DNA from: the human T2T-CHM13v2.0 reference genome, Homo sapiens
NCBI RefSeq assembly: GCF_009914755.1
Contig: NC_060934.1
Length of the DNA: 64,000 bases
Strand: one strand, 5' to 3'
Shown: one piece after another, positions 1 through 12,119 of the stretch
Position numbering within the stretch: position 1 is the stretch's first letter
Layout: each line of letters starts with the position of its first letter
Notes under the pieces: generated by a model
The model's input: only the letters and a program-made list of their open reading frames with translations
Databases searched by the model: none
Told to the model about the DNA's origin: nothing
Made by a program: the position numbers and the translations under genes

Positions 1-680
1 TTTTAGCATTTCTTGTAATGCTGGTTTGGTAGTGCCGAATTCTCTCAGCATTTTTTGTCATCTCTCCTTCATTTATGAAGCTTAGTTTTTGCTGGATACA
101 AAATTCTTGGCTGACAATTATTTTGTTTAAGAAGGCTAAAGATAGGACCTCAATCTCTTCTGGCTTGTAAGGTTTCTGCTGAGAAATCAGCTGTTAATCT
201 GATAGGTTTTTCCTTATAGCTTACCTAATGCTTTTGTCTCACAGTTGTTAAGATTCTTTTCTTTGACTTTAGTAACCCAATGACTATGTGTCTACTAATG
301 ATCTTTTTGTAATGAATTTTACAGGAGTTCTTTGAGTTTGTTGTATTTAGATGTATACATCTCTAGCAAGGCCAGGAAATTTTCCTCAGTTATTCCTGCG
401 AAAAAGTTTTCCAACTTTCAGATTTCTCTTCTTCCTCAGGAACACCAATTATTCTTTGTTTTGATAATTTAACATAATCCCAAATTTCTTGCAGGCTTTA
501 GTCATTCTTTAAAATTCTTTTTTTTTTAATCTGGCAATTCAGATATTTCTTCTCAGTTTAGATCCATTGCTGGGGAGCTAGTGTGATCTTTTGGAGGTGT
601 TATAGAACCCTGTTTTGTCACATTACCAGAATGGTTTTTCTGGTTCTTTTCCATTTGAGTAGACTATTTCTTAAAATTAG
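1..680 (-). mobile_element. L1 (older L1PA/L1PB-type) ORF1 fragment
   Basis: Reverse complement reads AACCTATCAGATTAACAGCTGATTTCTCAGCAGAAACCTTACAAGCCAGAAGAGATTG, the L1 ORF1 'IRLTADFSAETLQARR' region. Confidence 0.85.
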
Positions 681-899
681 AACTACATTTTAATAGTAGG
701 TCTGTTACTATTGATTGGCAAGCTATCTTGATGATATTCAAACTCTACCTGGGCATAGGTTTATGTCTTAATTCTCTATTCAGTTGCATGGGTTTATTTC
801 TATATTCCTGTTTCACTATCACACTGCATTAATTAGTATACAGCTATAATAAATATAATATTGGGTAATGCAATCTTCTCCAATTGTTATTCAACTGCA

Positions 900-966
900 G
901 AATGTGCACCCTTGAAAATTTATGTTGAAACTTAGATCCTTTTGGGAAGTGATTAAATCATGAGGG
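900..966 (+). mobile_element. MaLR (MLT1/MST-type) LTR 5' fragment
   Basis: AAATTTATGTTGAAACTTA...TTTGGGAAGTGATTAAATCATGAGGG resembles a MaLR LTR 5' part; short and degenerate. Confidence 0.5.
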
Positions 967-1033
967 TTCCCAAAACTATGAAAACCCTGGAAGACAACCT
1001 AGGCAATATCATACTGGACATAGCATGGGCAAA
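967..1033 (+). mobile_element. Isolated ~67-bp L1 ORF2 fragment
   Basis: AAAACTATGAAAACCCTGGAAGACAACCTAGGCAATATCATACTGGACATAGCATGGGCAAA encodes KTMKTLEDNLGNIILDI, matching the L1 ORF2 '[18 protein letters not shown]' region. Confidence 0.75.
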
Positions 1034-1616
1034 CTGGTTTTTTGAGGTGGAATCTACTCCTGGTAAAGATATTGTAAACATGGATGAAATAACCAAAAAC
1101 AACTCAGAATGTTATGTAAACTTAGTTGATAGAGTAGTTGCATGGTTTAAGAGTATTGACTGCAATTTTAAAAGTTTTCCTGTGGGTAAAATGCTATCAG
1201 ACAACATCACATGCTACAGAGAAATATTTTATAAAAGGAATAGTCAAGATGCAGCAAACTTTACTTTTGTCTTATTTTAAGAAGCTATCACAGCCACCCA
1301 AACTTCATCAACCAGCACCCTGATCAGTCAGCAGGCACCAGCATGGAGGAAAGACCTTCCACCAGCAAAAAGATTATGACTCCCTGAAGGCTCAGATGAT
1401 TGTTAGCATTTTTAGTAATTAAGTATTTTTAAATTAAGATATGTACATTGTTCTTTTTAGACATTATGTTTTTGCTACTTAATAAACTACAGTGTAGTGT
1501 AAAGATAACTTCAATGCACTGAGAAACCAAAATTTTTGTGTGTCTCACTTTATTGCAATATTTGCTTTATTGTGATGGCCTAGAATGGAATGTGCAATTT
1601 CTCCAAGGTATGCCTG
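1034..1616 (+). mobile_element. Tigger1 (TcMar-Tigger) DNA transposon, 3' part
   Basis: Translation WFFEVESTPGKDIVNM...VGKMLSDNITCYREIF resembles the Tigger1/TIGD1 transposase C-terminus; ends in the TIR ...CTCCAAGGTATGCCTG followed by TA (1617-1618). Confidence 0.9.
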
Positions 1617-1618
1617 TA

Positions 1619-1945
1619 TACTCAGAAGTGGGATTGCTGGACCCTATAATAGTTCTATTTTTAACAATTTAGGAAATGTTCATATGATTTTCTATAATGG
1701 CTGCACCAATTTACACTCTCATCAACAGTGTGCAGGTGTTCCCTTTTGTTCATATCATCATCAACTTTTTTTATCTTTAGACTTTCTTAAGTCTAAAGGT
1801 GTAAGGTGATATCTCATTGTGGTTTTGATTTGCGTTTCCCTGATGAGTTGTCTGTCAAGCATGTTTTCATATACCTGTTGGTCATGTGTATGTCTTCTTT
1901 GGAAAACTGTCTATCCAGGTCCTTTGCTCATGTTTTAATCTGGCT
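1619..1945 (-). mobile_element. L1M (L1MA/MB-type) ORF2 3' fragment
   Basis: AGAAGTGGGATTGCTGGA...ATCTCATTGTGGTTTTGATTTGC is the antisense L1 ORF2 C-terminal region. Confidence 0.8.
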
Positions 1946-1949
1946 AAAA

Positions 1950-2245
1950 TATTTATCCATTCTTAAGCATCCATCTCAAGTACACTTCTGCTGTAAAGGT
2001 CATCTCACTACCTAATATTACTCTACAACATATTTACCTCCATAACTGTATGTTTTCTATTTTGTCTTGTATATAAGTCTGTGTCAATGCTAGATAGACT
2101 CTTGAAGATAAGACTCATGGTCATACCCCTCAAAACTCTTTCTGAAAAAAGATGAGTAATAAGTCTTGTTATTTATCTTTGTATCTCACTTCCTTACACC
2201 TAGCATAACAAAGGGCCTCAGAAAATGTTGATTGATTTAAATGAT
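1950..2245 (+). mobile_element. L2 3' end relic
   Basis: CACCTAGCATAAC...CTCAGAAAATGTTGATTGATTTAAATGA resembles the L2 3' terminus; highly diverged. Confidence 0.4.
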
Positions 2246-3069
2246 ATAATTCTACATATTTGGAAGAAATTTCTATACCCTTGCAAAGAGAGCAAGAGAA
2301 TGCATATAGCCTTAAGTTATAAATGACAACCAAGTGACTGGAGATTTTTGGAGTAAATGACCCACTAATCTTGGTTTCTTTTGAGCATATTTCATTTTCA
2401 TTCTTTCCTTGGTGTTTACTTTTCAAACCATATCAAATGCCACATACTTAGGATGGAGTTGAGTTTTCTGTATTTGAGCATTTTATTAGGCATCTTAAAG
2501 AATAAATTCAGTACAATGCCATGTCTCCCATTGGAATTGAGGTCTTTTGAGTAGGCAAATGGCTAATTTCATTTCTAACCATTGCTTTGTTGTGGTCTTT
2601 TTCTTTTCTAGAATTGAGATATCTGTCTATCTCAGTTTTAACTCACAAAATTTGCAACTTATGGGTAATTTATTAGGATAGATTTAGTTGTACAGCAACT
2701 AAATATTGAGTGTTTGGTTTGGGGACATTCTAATAGAGCTGGTCTATTATGGTGCTTTTTGATGAAGATATTAGACTTAATAAAGTTTCCTTCAGCTACA
2801 TCTGTTAAGTTCCTTTTAACAGGAAAACCATTCATTAGTATTTTAAAGCTTTTATAGTTTTCTTTGTGTGTTTGGAAAGTGTTTGAAACATTCTAACACT
2901 AACAAAAAATTGAAGTTATGCAGTAATTCCAGGAATATTACAGTTTGTCTTGTTCCACGTGTACTATTTTTATCCTCCTTTCAACTAATCTTAAATGTGT
3001 TAAGCCCTTTTCCTTAATAAATTTTGATTTTTTAAAGCAATCATATATGAATTATTATCATATTAAGAC

Positions 3070-5230
3070 TTCCAGCTAGCCAAAAACAATGACTATCTAG
3101 GTCTCTATCTTCAATTATTTTCCCCACAAATATAGAACAATGAGGAGAAAAAAGTAAAACTACAGGAAAACCTCAGCATAATTTCAAGACAAGAAATGCC
3201 CAAATGTCAAATTATCTAAAAGTATAAAAGGAGAAAAAAATGCCAAGTTATGGCACATGAACTCTAGTGCTCCTACTCTATGAAGCAAAGGCAGGTAAGA
3301 AAACTGCATGGAATGGAGAAATATGCAGGAAACAACAGGGCCTAATTTTAATGTAAAACCACAGTCAGAAAGAATAATTGATCCTAAGTCTAAAAATACT
3401 ATAGAAGTTTCAGGGAAGACCAGGAAATAGATAAAGGGAAAGGACTTACTAGTATATTTAATTTGAATAAAACTTTGTAGCTTCTGGAGGAGGAAAAAAA
3501 TGAAAAAGGAGAATTAGAAGCAACTTTTGGCAATTAGGTGGTTAAGGGAAAAATTTATGGTGCTAAAGACAAAAAATAACTAAAAATTCAAGAGACATGA
3601 CTTCTCTATCCACCATAAAAACTAACAAACAAAAAATTTAGTATATGTCTTGATTTTGCTGTGTTTACAGAGTAATGACTTTCCAAAAGAGACTAGACTA
3701 AAATAAAAATTTATTAAGCAACACTGAAGTAAGGCAGGAATCAATCAAGCTAAAAAAAATAAGATACAGACATAAAAAGTTTCAAAAATAAGGTAATAAA
3801 AATGGAAGACAATAAAGAATCACAGTTTTATTGAAAAAGAAAAGCAATAGAAAAAATACTTAAAACTTTAATATAATAAACTGTCAGAGTTAAAATATTT
3901 TACTCTACATATTTGAAAGGTTCATCAAGTACTTGGAAAAATAAAACCAAAATGAACAAAGAAATATAGTAAAAATATTAGTTTAATAAAATATTCGACA
4001 TTATTTCCAGGCCAAAAAAAAAGTCAAATAACTTCAAAAACAACAGAAAAAACTTATAATGGCAAAGGATTAATGAAAAACAATATGCACAATAAGACAG
4101 AAGTGGAAAGTATTTTTTAACTTAATAAAAGTAGATCTGAATAAAGTAATTTATATGCAATTATACTTTCCATCAAATATCAAGGTTATTGTGAGGAAAA
4201 AAAGCAGTTTTCAGAATACTTAGAGAATTCCATTTCATCCATGTACCCATCTTAAGGTATCTACTAAATAATTAGTTTCATCACCTATAAGATGACTGAG
4301 AAAAATCCAGCAATAGGATGGTGGTAAGTGTGTATATATGACTAATCAAAATTGGGACAAGGATGGAATTTATTTGTTCTGACCAATCTTACATAATTAT
4401 AACAACAAAATAATGACAATAAGGAATTATAACTCATAAAATAAGTGTCAATTAGTCCATACTTACATAAATAATTGAATGAATATATAAATGAATAGAT
4501 ACAAGAATAAATAATCATAGCAAGAAATAGTTATTCCTCAAAGTAGACTTCCAATTCAGAAGTGTAGAAGAATTGATGGAATGAGAAAATCACCATCAGC
4601 CAAATACCACAGTAATAATATTCCAGGCAGAAATAATGAATGGAATCTAACATTAATGAGTACAGAAATATTGAAAACCAGGATATTTGCATCACCTTAA
4701 AATATCTCCACATAAAATATTTATTAAATACAAAGAAAAAAATAGTAGCATTATAATGAAGAATCACATAACTCCTGATACAATATACTTCAAAAGACAC
4801 CACGTAGCTTCTTTGGTTATGTTTTTCTAAAAATGCATAACATTGGTTAAGCCATCAAACATCAAAATATCAAACTGAAATTGAAAGACATTCTACAAAA
4901 TAATATGCCAGTTATTTTTAAAAGTATCAAGGCCATGAAAGATAAAACAAGACTGAGAAACTATAAAGGACTGAAAAAGACTAAGAAGTAATGATGATAC
5001 AGTACATTGTAAGAGCCGGGATAGGATCTAAGTCCAACAGTATAACAGTAGTGGAACAACTGGCAAAATTCACATAACGTCCACAGGTTAGTTAATAGTA
5101 TTCTATCAATGTTAATTTCCAAGTTTTGATAATTGTATATATCATGGTATGTAGTGTTTTAAAAGTAATGAACTGGCTGAAGAATATATGGGGATTCTGT
5201 ATTATTTCAAAAATTTTCAGTAAATATAAA
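3070..5230 (+). mobile_element. Ancient L1M (L1MC/ME-type) fragments, ORF1 region and 3' UTR
   Basis: A-rich strand bias; 3' UTR-like TATCAATGTTAATTTCC...TTTTGATAATTGTA...GTAAATATAAATTATTTCAAAA at 5100-5230. Confidence 0.6.
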
Positions 5231-5234
5231 TTAT

Positions 5235-5395
5235 TTCAAAACAAGAAGTTCTAGATTTGCTATTTCCTAATGACTAATAATATTGAGCATCTTTACATAT
5301 ATTTATTGGACATTTGTATATCTTCTCCAGAGAATGTCTATATAAATCCTTTGCCCCATGTTAAAATAGGATTGTTTACCTTTTTATCTATATCC
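5235..5395 (-). mobile_element. L1M ORF2 fragment
   Basis: CTAATGACTAATAATATTGAGCATCTTT...TTTGCCCCATG is antisense L1 ORF2. Confidence 0.7.
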
Positions 5396-6069
5396 TAATA
5401 AGAAAGTTTTTTTCATTTGTTTGTTTTACTGTGGCAATACCATTGAAGAGCATTTCACTATTAGGTAATTTTCGCTTTTAAATTTTTCATTATAATATTT
5501 CCACTATGTAAATGTCATTGAATTTTGCACTGCAGGTAGATAAAATGTAGTTTTACCAACAAAATTCCTTGAAGAAGTTATGAAAATTGCTCTAAATTAA
5601 CATACTGGCCCACTTGAAAAATAGGCACATGATTCAAAAAGTTGAAATACCAACAATAGTAGCAAATCTATGTAGGAGAACACTGCTTGGATATGTCTAT
5701 GAAGATATCTAGAACTTGGGACCTTCTTTAAAGTTCTTCTGCAAAGCTAAAGTTCCCCTAAATGTTTGTATAGGGGATGGAAGGACCTAACCTGACCTAT
5801 TCTCTCTTCTGGTCCTGAAAGACAAAAACTGGACCAAATCTATATGACTGTAATAGAGAAGAATGTTTCTGTGTCCCAGCAAAGTATCTAGAAAAGTAGA
5901 CCAGAAGATAGCATGGTTACTTGTTTACCAAATCTTACTAATTGAAGTCATTCTTCCTTCCTTGTGAAGTTACTAAGGATGGTTAGGAGTTAGAACAAGC
6001 ACATTCAAGAAGACATAGTGTATATTTTATCCATTAGCACCAACCTGAGAAGGAAAAGGGAATTTCTTA

Positions 6070-6180
6070 CCTGTAACTAAACTGGTCATATATCCTGGTT
6101 TATAACTGTATGCCTTATATTATGTCAGATGATCCCTCTTTCTCTCAAAATTTGGACAATAAATAATATGGTTACACTAC
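6070..6180. mobile_element. MER94-like hAT MITE relic
   Basis: CTCTCAAAATTTGGACAATAAATAATATGGTTACACTA resembles a MER94 terminus. Confidence 0.5.
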
Positions 6181-6733
6181 CCATATATTAATATAATAAT
6201 AAATAAAATGTTACCATATGTTCTTCTGGATTTTTTTTTCTTCAAGTGGATCAGCCACTTTTCACTTTATCTGGAGCTTAGTGAGTTTGGATTAAAGTTA
6301 ATCAGGGTAAATTATTAACCAATATGACAGAAAAGATTTTTGCTGAGAAAAACTATTTGCCTGAAAATAGGTGTTTTTCTTCTTTTCTCTCCACAACATA
6401 ACATCTAGCCCGTAGTTTGTTCCCACATATCAGAAAGCATTGTTGGTTCCATCAACAGAATAGGACACTGAAAAATTTAGATAGTTAACGTATACATGAG
6501 AAACATTGGAGTGCAAGAAGGCTGAAGTAGACTTGGAATATTGGCCATAGCTAAGGTGACCCTAAAGTGCCAAGAAAGAGGAAACTCAACAACCACATTA
6601 GGAAAAACAGTCTATCTGGGATGCTTCTCATGCTGCCAGATGGTATTTGGTATAGGACACTCTTACTGACTCAGGGAATGTATCCTTTATATTTGCCCAC
6701 CTACAAAGATTCATAGTCATTGTGGAGTTTACC

Positions 6734-6754
6734 TTTCCTTCCCTCCTTCCTTTC

Positions 6755-6786
<32 letters not shown>

Positions 6787-7240
6787 TTCTTTTTCTTTTC
6801 CTTCCTTCCTTTCTTTTTCTTTTTTCTCTTCCTTCCTTCTCTATGTCTCTCTCCCCCTCCCTCTCTCTCTTTCTCTCTTTCTTTTTTCTTTCTTTCCTCT
6901 CTCCTTTCCTTCCTTCCTTCCTTCTTCCCTCCCTCCCTCTCTCTCTTCTTTCTTTCTTTCTTTTTTCTTTTTCTTTTCCTTCCTTCCTTCCTTTCTTCTT
7001 TCTTTCTCTTTCTTTTTCTCTTCCTTCCTTCCTTCCTTCTTCCTTCCTTCTTTCTCTATATCTCTCTCCCCCTCCCTCTCTCTCTTTCTCTCTTTCTTTT
7101 TTCTTTCTTTCCTCTCTCCTTTCCTTCCTTCCTTCCTTCCTTCCTTCCTTCCTTCCTTCTTCCCTCCCTCCCTCTCTTCTTTCTTTCTTCTTTCTTTCTT
7201 TCTTTCCTTTCTTCTTTCTTCCTTTCTTCTTTCCTTTTTC
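6734..7240. repeat. Complex polypyrimidine microsatellite (TTTC/TTCC/CT)
   Basis: About 505 bp with purines only at 6843, 6845, 7058 and 7060. Confidence 0.97.
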
Positions 7241-7244
7241 ACTC

Positions 7245-7745
7245 TGCCTGGATGAACAGACTTTTGAAGGGCTTTTCCAAAAAAAACCAGTCAGCAGAAC
7301 TGGAATAACTACCTATAACTACCTAATTCTTCAAATGCACAGACATCAATGTACAGCTACAAGGATCAAGAACAATCAAGGAAACATGCCATGACCAAAG
7401 GGATAGAATAACATGCCAGTGACCAGCATGAAAGAAATGAAGATATATGAACTGTTTGACAATCCATTATAACGTTTTAAGAAGGGTTAATGGACTTCAA
7501 TAAAATTCAGAGAAACGATTTAACAGAATAAGGAAACAATAAGTGACCTGAATGAGAAATGTGGAAAACATCCTAAACCTGGAGAAAGATGTAAATATCT
7601 AGGTACAGGAAAGTCAAAGTTACCAAAACAGATTCAATCCAAATAAAACTAAACTGAGTCAAACTGACAAAAAACAAAGAGAGAATACTGAAAGCAACAA
7701 GATAAAAGAAGCAAATAACATATGTAGGAGTTCCAGCAATGCAGA
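7245..7745 (+). mobile_element. L1M 5'/ORF1 fragment
   Basis: CAAATGCACAGACATCAA...AACAATCAAGGAAACATG and ORF1-like GAGAATACTGAAAGCAACAAGATAAAAGAAGCAAATAACATAT. Confidence 0.7.
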
Positions 7746-7749
7746 TGCT

Positions 7750-8113
7750 GCTAGAGGACATTATCTGAAGTGAATTAATGCAGAAACTGAAAACCAATTA
7801 TCTTATGTTCTCACTTATAAGTGGGAGTTAAATTTTGAGTACATGTTGGCATAAAACAGGAATAGTAGACACTAGGGATTCCAAAAGGAGGAAGGGGAAA
7901 GGGCTGAAAAACCTCCTATTGGGAGGTTCAGTATCTGGGTGATAGGCTCAACAGAAGCCCAAACCTCAGCATCACACTATATACTCTTGTAACAATCCTG
8001 CACTTGTACCCAGGCTGTACAGCAAAAAAAGAAATACGATCCACTTGGAAGAAAGAGAAGGAAGTGAACACAGAACTTTGCTTTAGACTCCAATAAAAGT
8101 TGAATTAAAAAAA
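7750..8113 (+). mobile_element. L1PB-like 3' end with an internal ~78-bp insert
   Basis: ATGTTCTCACTTATAAGTGGGAG...AACAGAAGCCCAAACCTCAGCATCAC...GTAACAATCCTGCAC...AATAAAAGTTGAATT plus A tail. Confidence 0.75.
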
Positions 8114-8114
8114 A

Positions 8115-9210
8115 TAAGCAAAGGACCTGAATAGAAATTTCTCAAAAGAAGATATACAATGAACAGTGAGTATATGAAAAAGTAGTCAATATTACTAATC
8201 ACTTAAAAATTCAAATTGGAACCACAACACAGTAGCACCTCATATTTGTTAAAAAGGCTATTATCAAAAAGACAAAAGATGACAATGGCTCATGAAGATG
8301 TGGAGAAAAGGGAACCCATGTACACTATTGGTGGGGATGCAAATTAGTAAAACTATTATGAAAAATAGTTTGGAGTTTCCTCGAAAAATTAAAAAGTGAA
8401 AAAACCATTTGATCCTGAAATCTCACTACTCAATATATATACAAAGGAAATAAAATCAGTACATCACAGAGATATCTGCATTTCTCTGTTTATTGCAGCA
8501 CTGTTGAAAATAACCGATATGGAATTAACCTGGGTTCATCAGCAGATGAGTGGATAAATAATATGTGGCTTGTCTAAAAAATTGAATACTGTTCAGTCAT
8601 AAAATGCCACTACATGGGTAAAACTGGAGGACATTATTTAAGTGAAATAAGCCAGGTACAGAAAGACAAATATTGCCTAATCCCACTTCTACGTGGAATC
8701 TTCAAAAGTTGATCTCACAGAAGTACAGAGTAGGGCTAGGCACAGTGGCTCATGCCTGTAATCCCAGCACTTTGGGAAGCTGAAGCAGGAAGATCACTTG
8801 AGCCCAGGAGTTCAAGAACTGCCTGGGCAATATAGCAAGAAAAGAAGAAGAAAAGAGCAGGAGAATGAGAAGAAAATAGAGAGTAGAATAATAGTAGTTA
8901 CCAGGGGGCTGTGCAAGTTGTGAAGGGGTTGGGAAGATGTTGGTTGGTCGGTAGATGGGAGGAATATATTCAAGAGATTCATTGTATAGCATGGTGACTA
9001 GAATTAATAATGATAAATTGTATTCCTAAAAATGCTAAGAGAGTGGATATTAAATTTGCTTACCATAAAAATGATGACTATGTTAGGTAATTTATATATT
9101 AATTAGCCAGATTTAACCATTCCACAATCTGTATGTACTTCAAGACATCATGTTTGCATGATGAATATATACAATTTTATCTATCAATTGAAAATATAAT
9201 TTTAAAAAGA
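8115..9210 (+). mobile_element. L1MA 3' end (ORF2 C-terminus and 3' UTR), interrupted by an Alu monomer
   Basis: CTCAAAAGAAGATATACA...GGAGAAAAGGGAACCC...GAGAGTGGAT...AACCATTCCACAAT...ACAATTTTAT. Confidence 0.85.
8734..8871 (+). mobile_element. FLAM / left Alu monomer with GA-rich tail
   Basis: GGCTAGGCACAGTGGCTCATGCCTGTAATCCC...TTGAGCCCAGGAGTTC; degenerate TSD GAAGTACAGAGTAG / GAAAATAGAGAGTAG. Confidence 0.9.
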
Positions 9211-9239
9211 AAATGTTCTTCAAAAGGCCCCAAATATTA

Positions 9240-9463
9240 TAGAAACTAAAGCAGATTTGTGGCTTTCAAAAGCTTGAGAGGGTATGTGTCTGGGTTGGGA
9301 CATAGGGAGTAACTGGTAATGGATATGAGATTTTATCTGGCGTGTTCTAAAATAGATTGTAGTGATGGTTATAAATCTCTGTGAATACACTAAAAGTCCT
9401 TGAACTATACTTTTTAAATGAGAAAATGTTATGAGATATAAATTATACCTCAATAAAGCTATT
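9240..9463 (+). mobile_element. L1MB-type 3' UTR end
   Basis: GTTCTAAAATAGATTGTAGTGATGGTT...GTGAATACACTAAAA...AAATTATACCTCAATAAAGCT. Confidence 0.75.
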
Positions 9464-9476
9464 AAGAATATATCAT

Positions 9477-9779
<303 letters not shown>

Positions 9780-11320
9780 TCATAACACACATATTGCGAT
9801 GTTGCTATTAAACATAATTTGCACCAGTACCATTGCATAGAATCATAACCATGCCTAAACTGTAAAACAGTGTATTATATATAATTTATAAGCATTCATG
9901 TGATTAAAAAAACGTAAAAAATTGTAAACTTTATGTAGGTTTTAAAAGTCATGGTGGCATACAATGGATGTGTAACAATTCTTTGCTACCATTTAGGTGA
10001 ATATTTCAGTTGATTACACCTTTGTGCTTGGTGATTTTAGTAATTTTTCTCAAGAAATAGAACCCATTCAACATTGAATATACACAGCTAGCCTCTAATA
10101 CATAGATTAGCCATTCATTTTGTATCTTTGGTTTCATTGTAGGTAATTTCCTGTCTATATGAGTGTAGAAAATTAACACTCAATTTTAATCCTGTTGCAA
10201 ACTTCAAATCATGGTGGAAGGTGGAATTTTTAAGGGAGCATATCCATATTAAAATGTATCAACACTGTAAAATAGTCTGAGTTGAATTGTGGCTCAGCAG
10301 GATTACCAGACTTAAAATTTGTCAATTTATATTTCCTCTGCTAAAAATGTCAATGTTAAGTTTGTAAAATTTGAGAGTAGAACAATAAGGGGTAATGTTA
10401 TATGTTGTAAGTGCCTTCTGAAAAAATACATACTCTTCTTTTCACCTTTACCATGTAGTCTGTGATTAGCATATCTATCTATAATAATCAGAGCCATTTG
10501 TTTCAAAGGCAACAATGTTGACTGTGGTGAACATATGCCAGTCTGCAGAGATATTAGTTATACTCCATCCATATAGTGTGTAAGATAATACATAATTATT
10601 GAGGAACCATTTGGATGAAGAAATAAGTTGCTTGAAGAAAATAGTCATAAAGTTCACTTCTAAATTATAAAATAATAATTGAAGGCTGGCCCTTGCATTT
10701 GAAAATATTAATATGTTTAAGTCAGCTACGTGCCAGATAAAAATATACCACAGGCCTCCAGAAAAACTCAGCAAGTATTTAGAAAATGGAAGCAACAGCT
10801 TACAAGATATCATTTTAATGGGTTTATAAAAGCTCATGTCTCTAAGGGACTTTTTTTGCTCAAGAAAATGTCATGGAGATGTATGTCTCAGACAGTGTTT
10901 ATGAACAGTATAGTTATTCATAGTTTTCTTTACACAATGCCTATGGTCTGTGTGTCAAACCGCCTGCATGCATTTACGATGGCTTCCTGCCATATAAAAT
11001 CTGGCTGACTTAATCTCTGTGAACTTGTGTTATGCATAGAGCTTTCATACACCAACTCACTCAGAAGTATCCTTGATGTAAAATAATTTTTATGTAGTTA
11101 TTCAATTAAAGCTTGTAAGAAGAAAATGTAGATGCTTTTAAATCAGGCATAGGTTGAAAGTAAGCTCATATCTGTAATTAACTCATTAAGCTGCTTGTCC
11201 TATTGATAGAATTGAGAAATTGAATTATGAAAAATTTTTTTAAATATAAAATATGTTTATTTGAGTGGAAATGTGTTGATAATTCACCTGAAGTAAAACA
11301 GAAAATAAGAGACAGAAACA

Positions 11321-11419
11321 GCTTGAACCCGGGAGGTGGAGGTTGCAATAAGCCAAGATCAGGCCACTGCACTCCACCCTGGGAGATAGAGCAAGACTCC
11401 CTCTCAAAAAAAAAAAAAA
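11321..11419 (+). mobile_element. 5'-truncated Alu (end of right arm)
   Basis: GCTTGAACCCGGGAGGTGGAGGTTGC...poly(A); TSD AAGAGACAGAAACA / AAGAGAGACAAACA. Confidence 0.92.
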
Positions 11420-11649
11420 GAGAGACAAACAATGCAGCAGAGAAAACAGTCTAGCATTTTTATGGCTAGGATGTACTTCCAGAGAGTATTATTTGAATAA
11501 CTTTTCTCCCTGACATTTACAATAAAATAATTTAGCCAAGTAACCTCATTGTTAAGGGGTAGAACCCCTTGGAATCTTAAACAAATTAAATTTTGATACT
11601 TCTAACATTTCTTAGACATATAAAAATTTAATATTTATTAGATTTATTT

Positions 11650-11790
11650 AAATTTCTTCTCATTTTTGCCATCATTAACATTGTAATATATCCTACCTGA
11701 TTACCATAGTTGTATAGCTTAATACAGACATGTAAAGTCATTGTCACAAAGCCTAACACAGTGAGCTCTGTCTAAACAGTTTTATGTTAA
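11650..11790 (+). mobile_element. MIR relic
   Basis: CCTACCT...CATGTAAAGTCATTGTCACAAAGCCTAACACAGTGAG resembles the MIR 3' part. Confidence 0.5.
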
Positions 11791-12119
11791 TTACTAATGA
11801 AATTCACACCTAAGAAAGGCATTTTTTTCAGAAACGAGTTTTGCCTTTGCGTCCTTTCATTTCTCTTATCAGTTTTCTCTCTTCTCTTCCCTACCCCTCA
11901 ATCAATTTCTCTTGACGATTTCACACTCATTTCAAGATCTCGTTGTTAGTCCCCTTTCATCCAGTAAGATTCTTTCCTAAGAAGCTTTCTCATATTGAAT
12001 ATGTCTTATAAATATATATTACATAAAGTACAATGCCTGATGGTGCCTCATCATTCTTACATTATTTTAACAACTCAAGATTTTTGAATTAGAAGACATA
12101 TCCTTCCATTCACTTTTAC

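Noticed and set aside
960-1280. 106-aa ORF resembling the TIGD1 C-terminus
   Set aside because: Chance chimera of MLT, L1 and a decayed Tigger1 fragment; no DNA-binding or catalytic domain, and frameshifted downstream
6720-7394. Longest ORFs (224, 177 and 133 aa), rich in F/L/S/P or K/E/R
   Set aside because: They are translations of a pyrimidine microsatellite, which lacks stop codons by composition
10327-11008. Overlapping 62-120 aa ORFs in unique DNA and an AG...GTAAG exon-like pair at ~10459-10579
   Set aside because: The exon-like segment has stops in all three frames, and the peptides show AT-rich random composition with no homology I recognise
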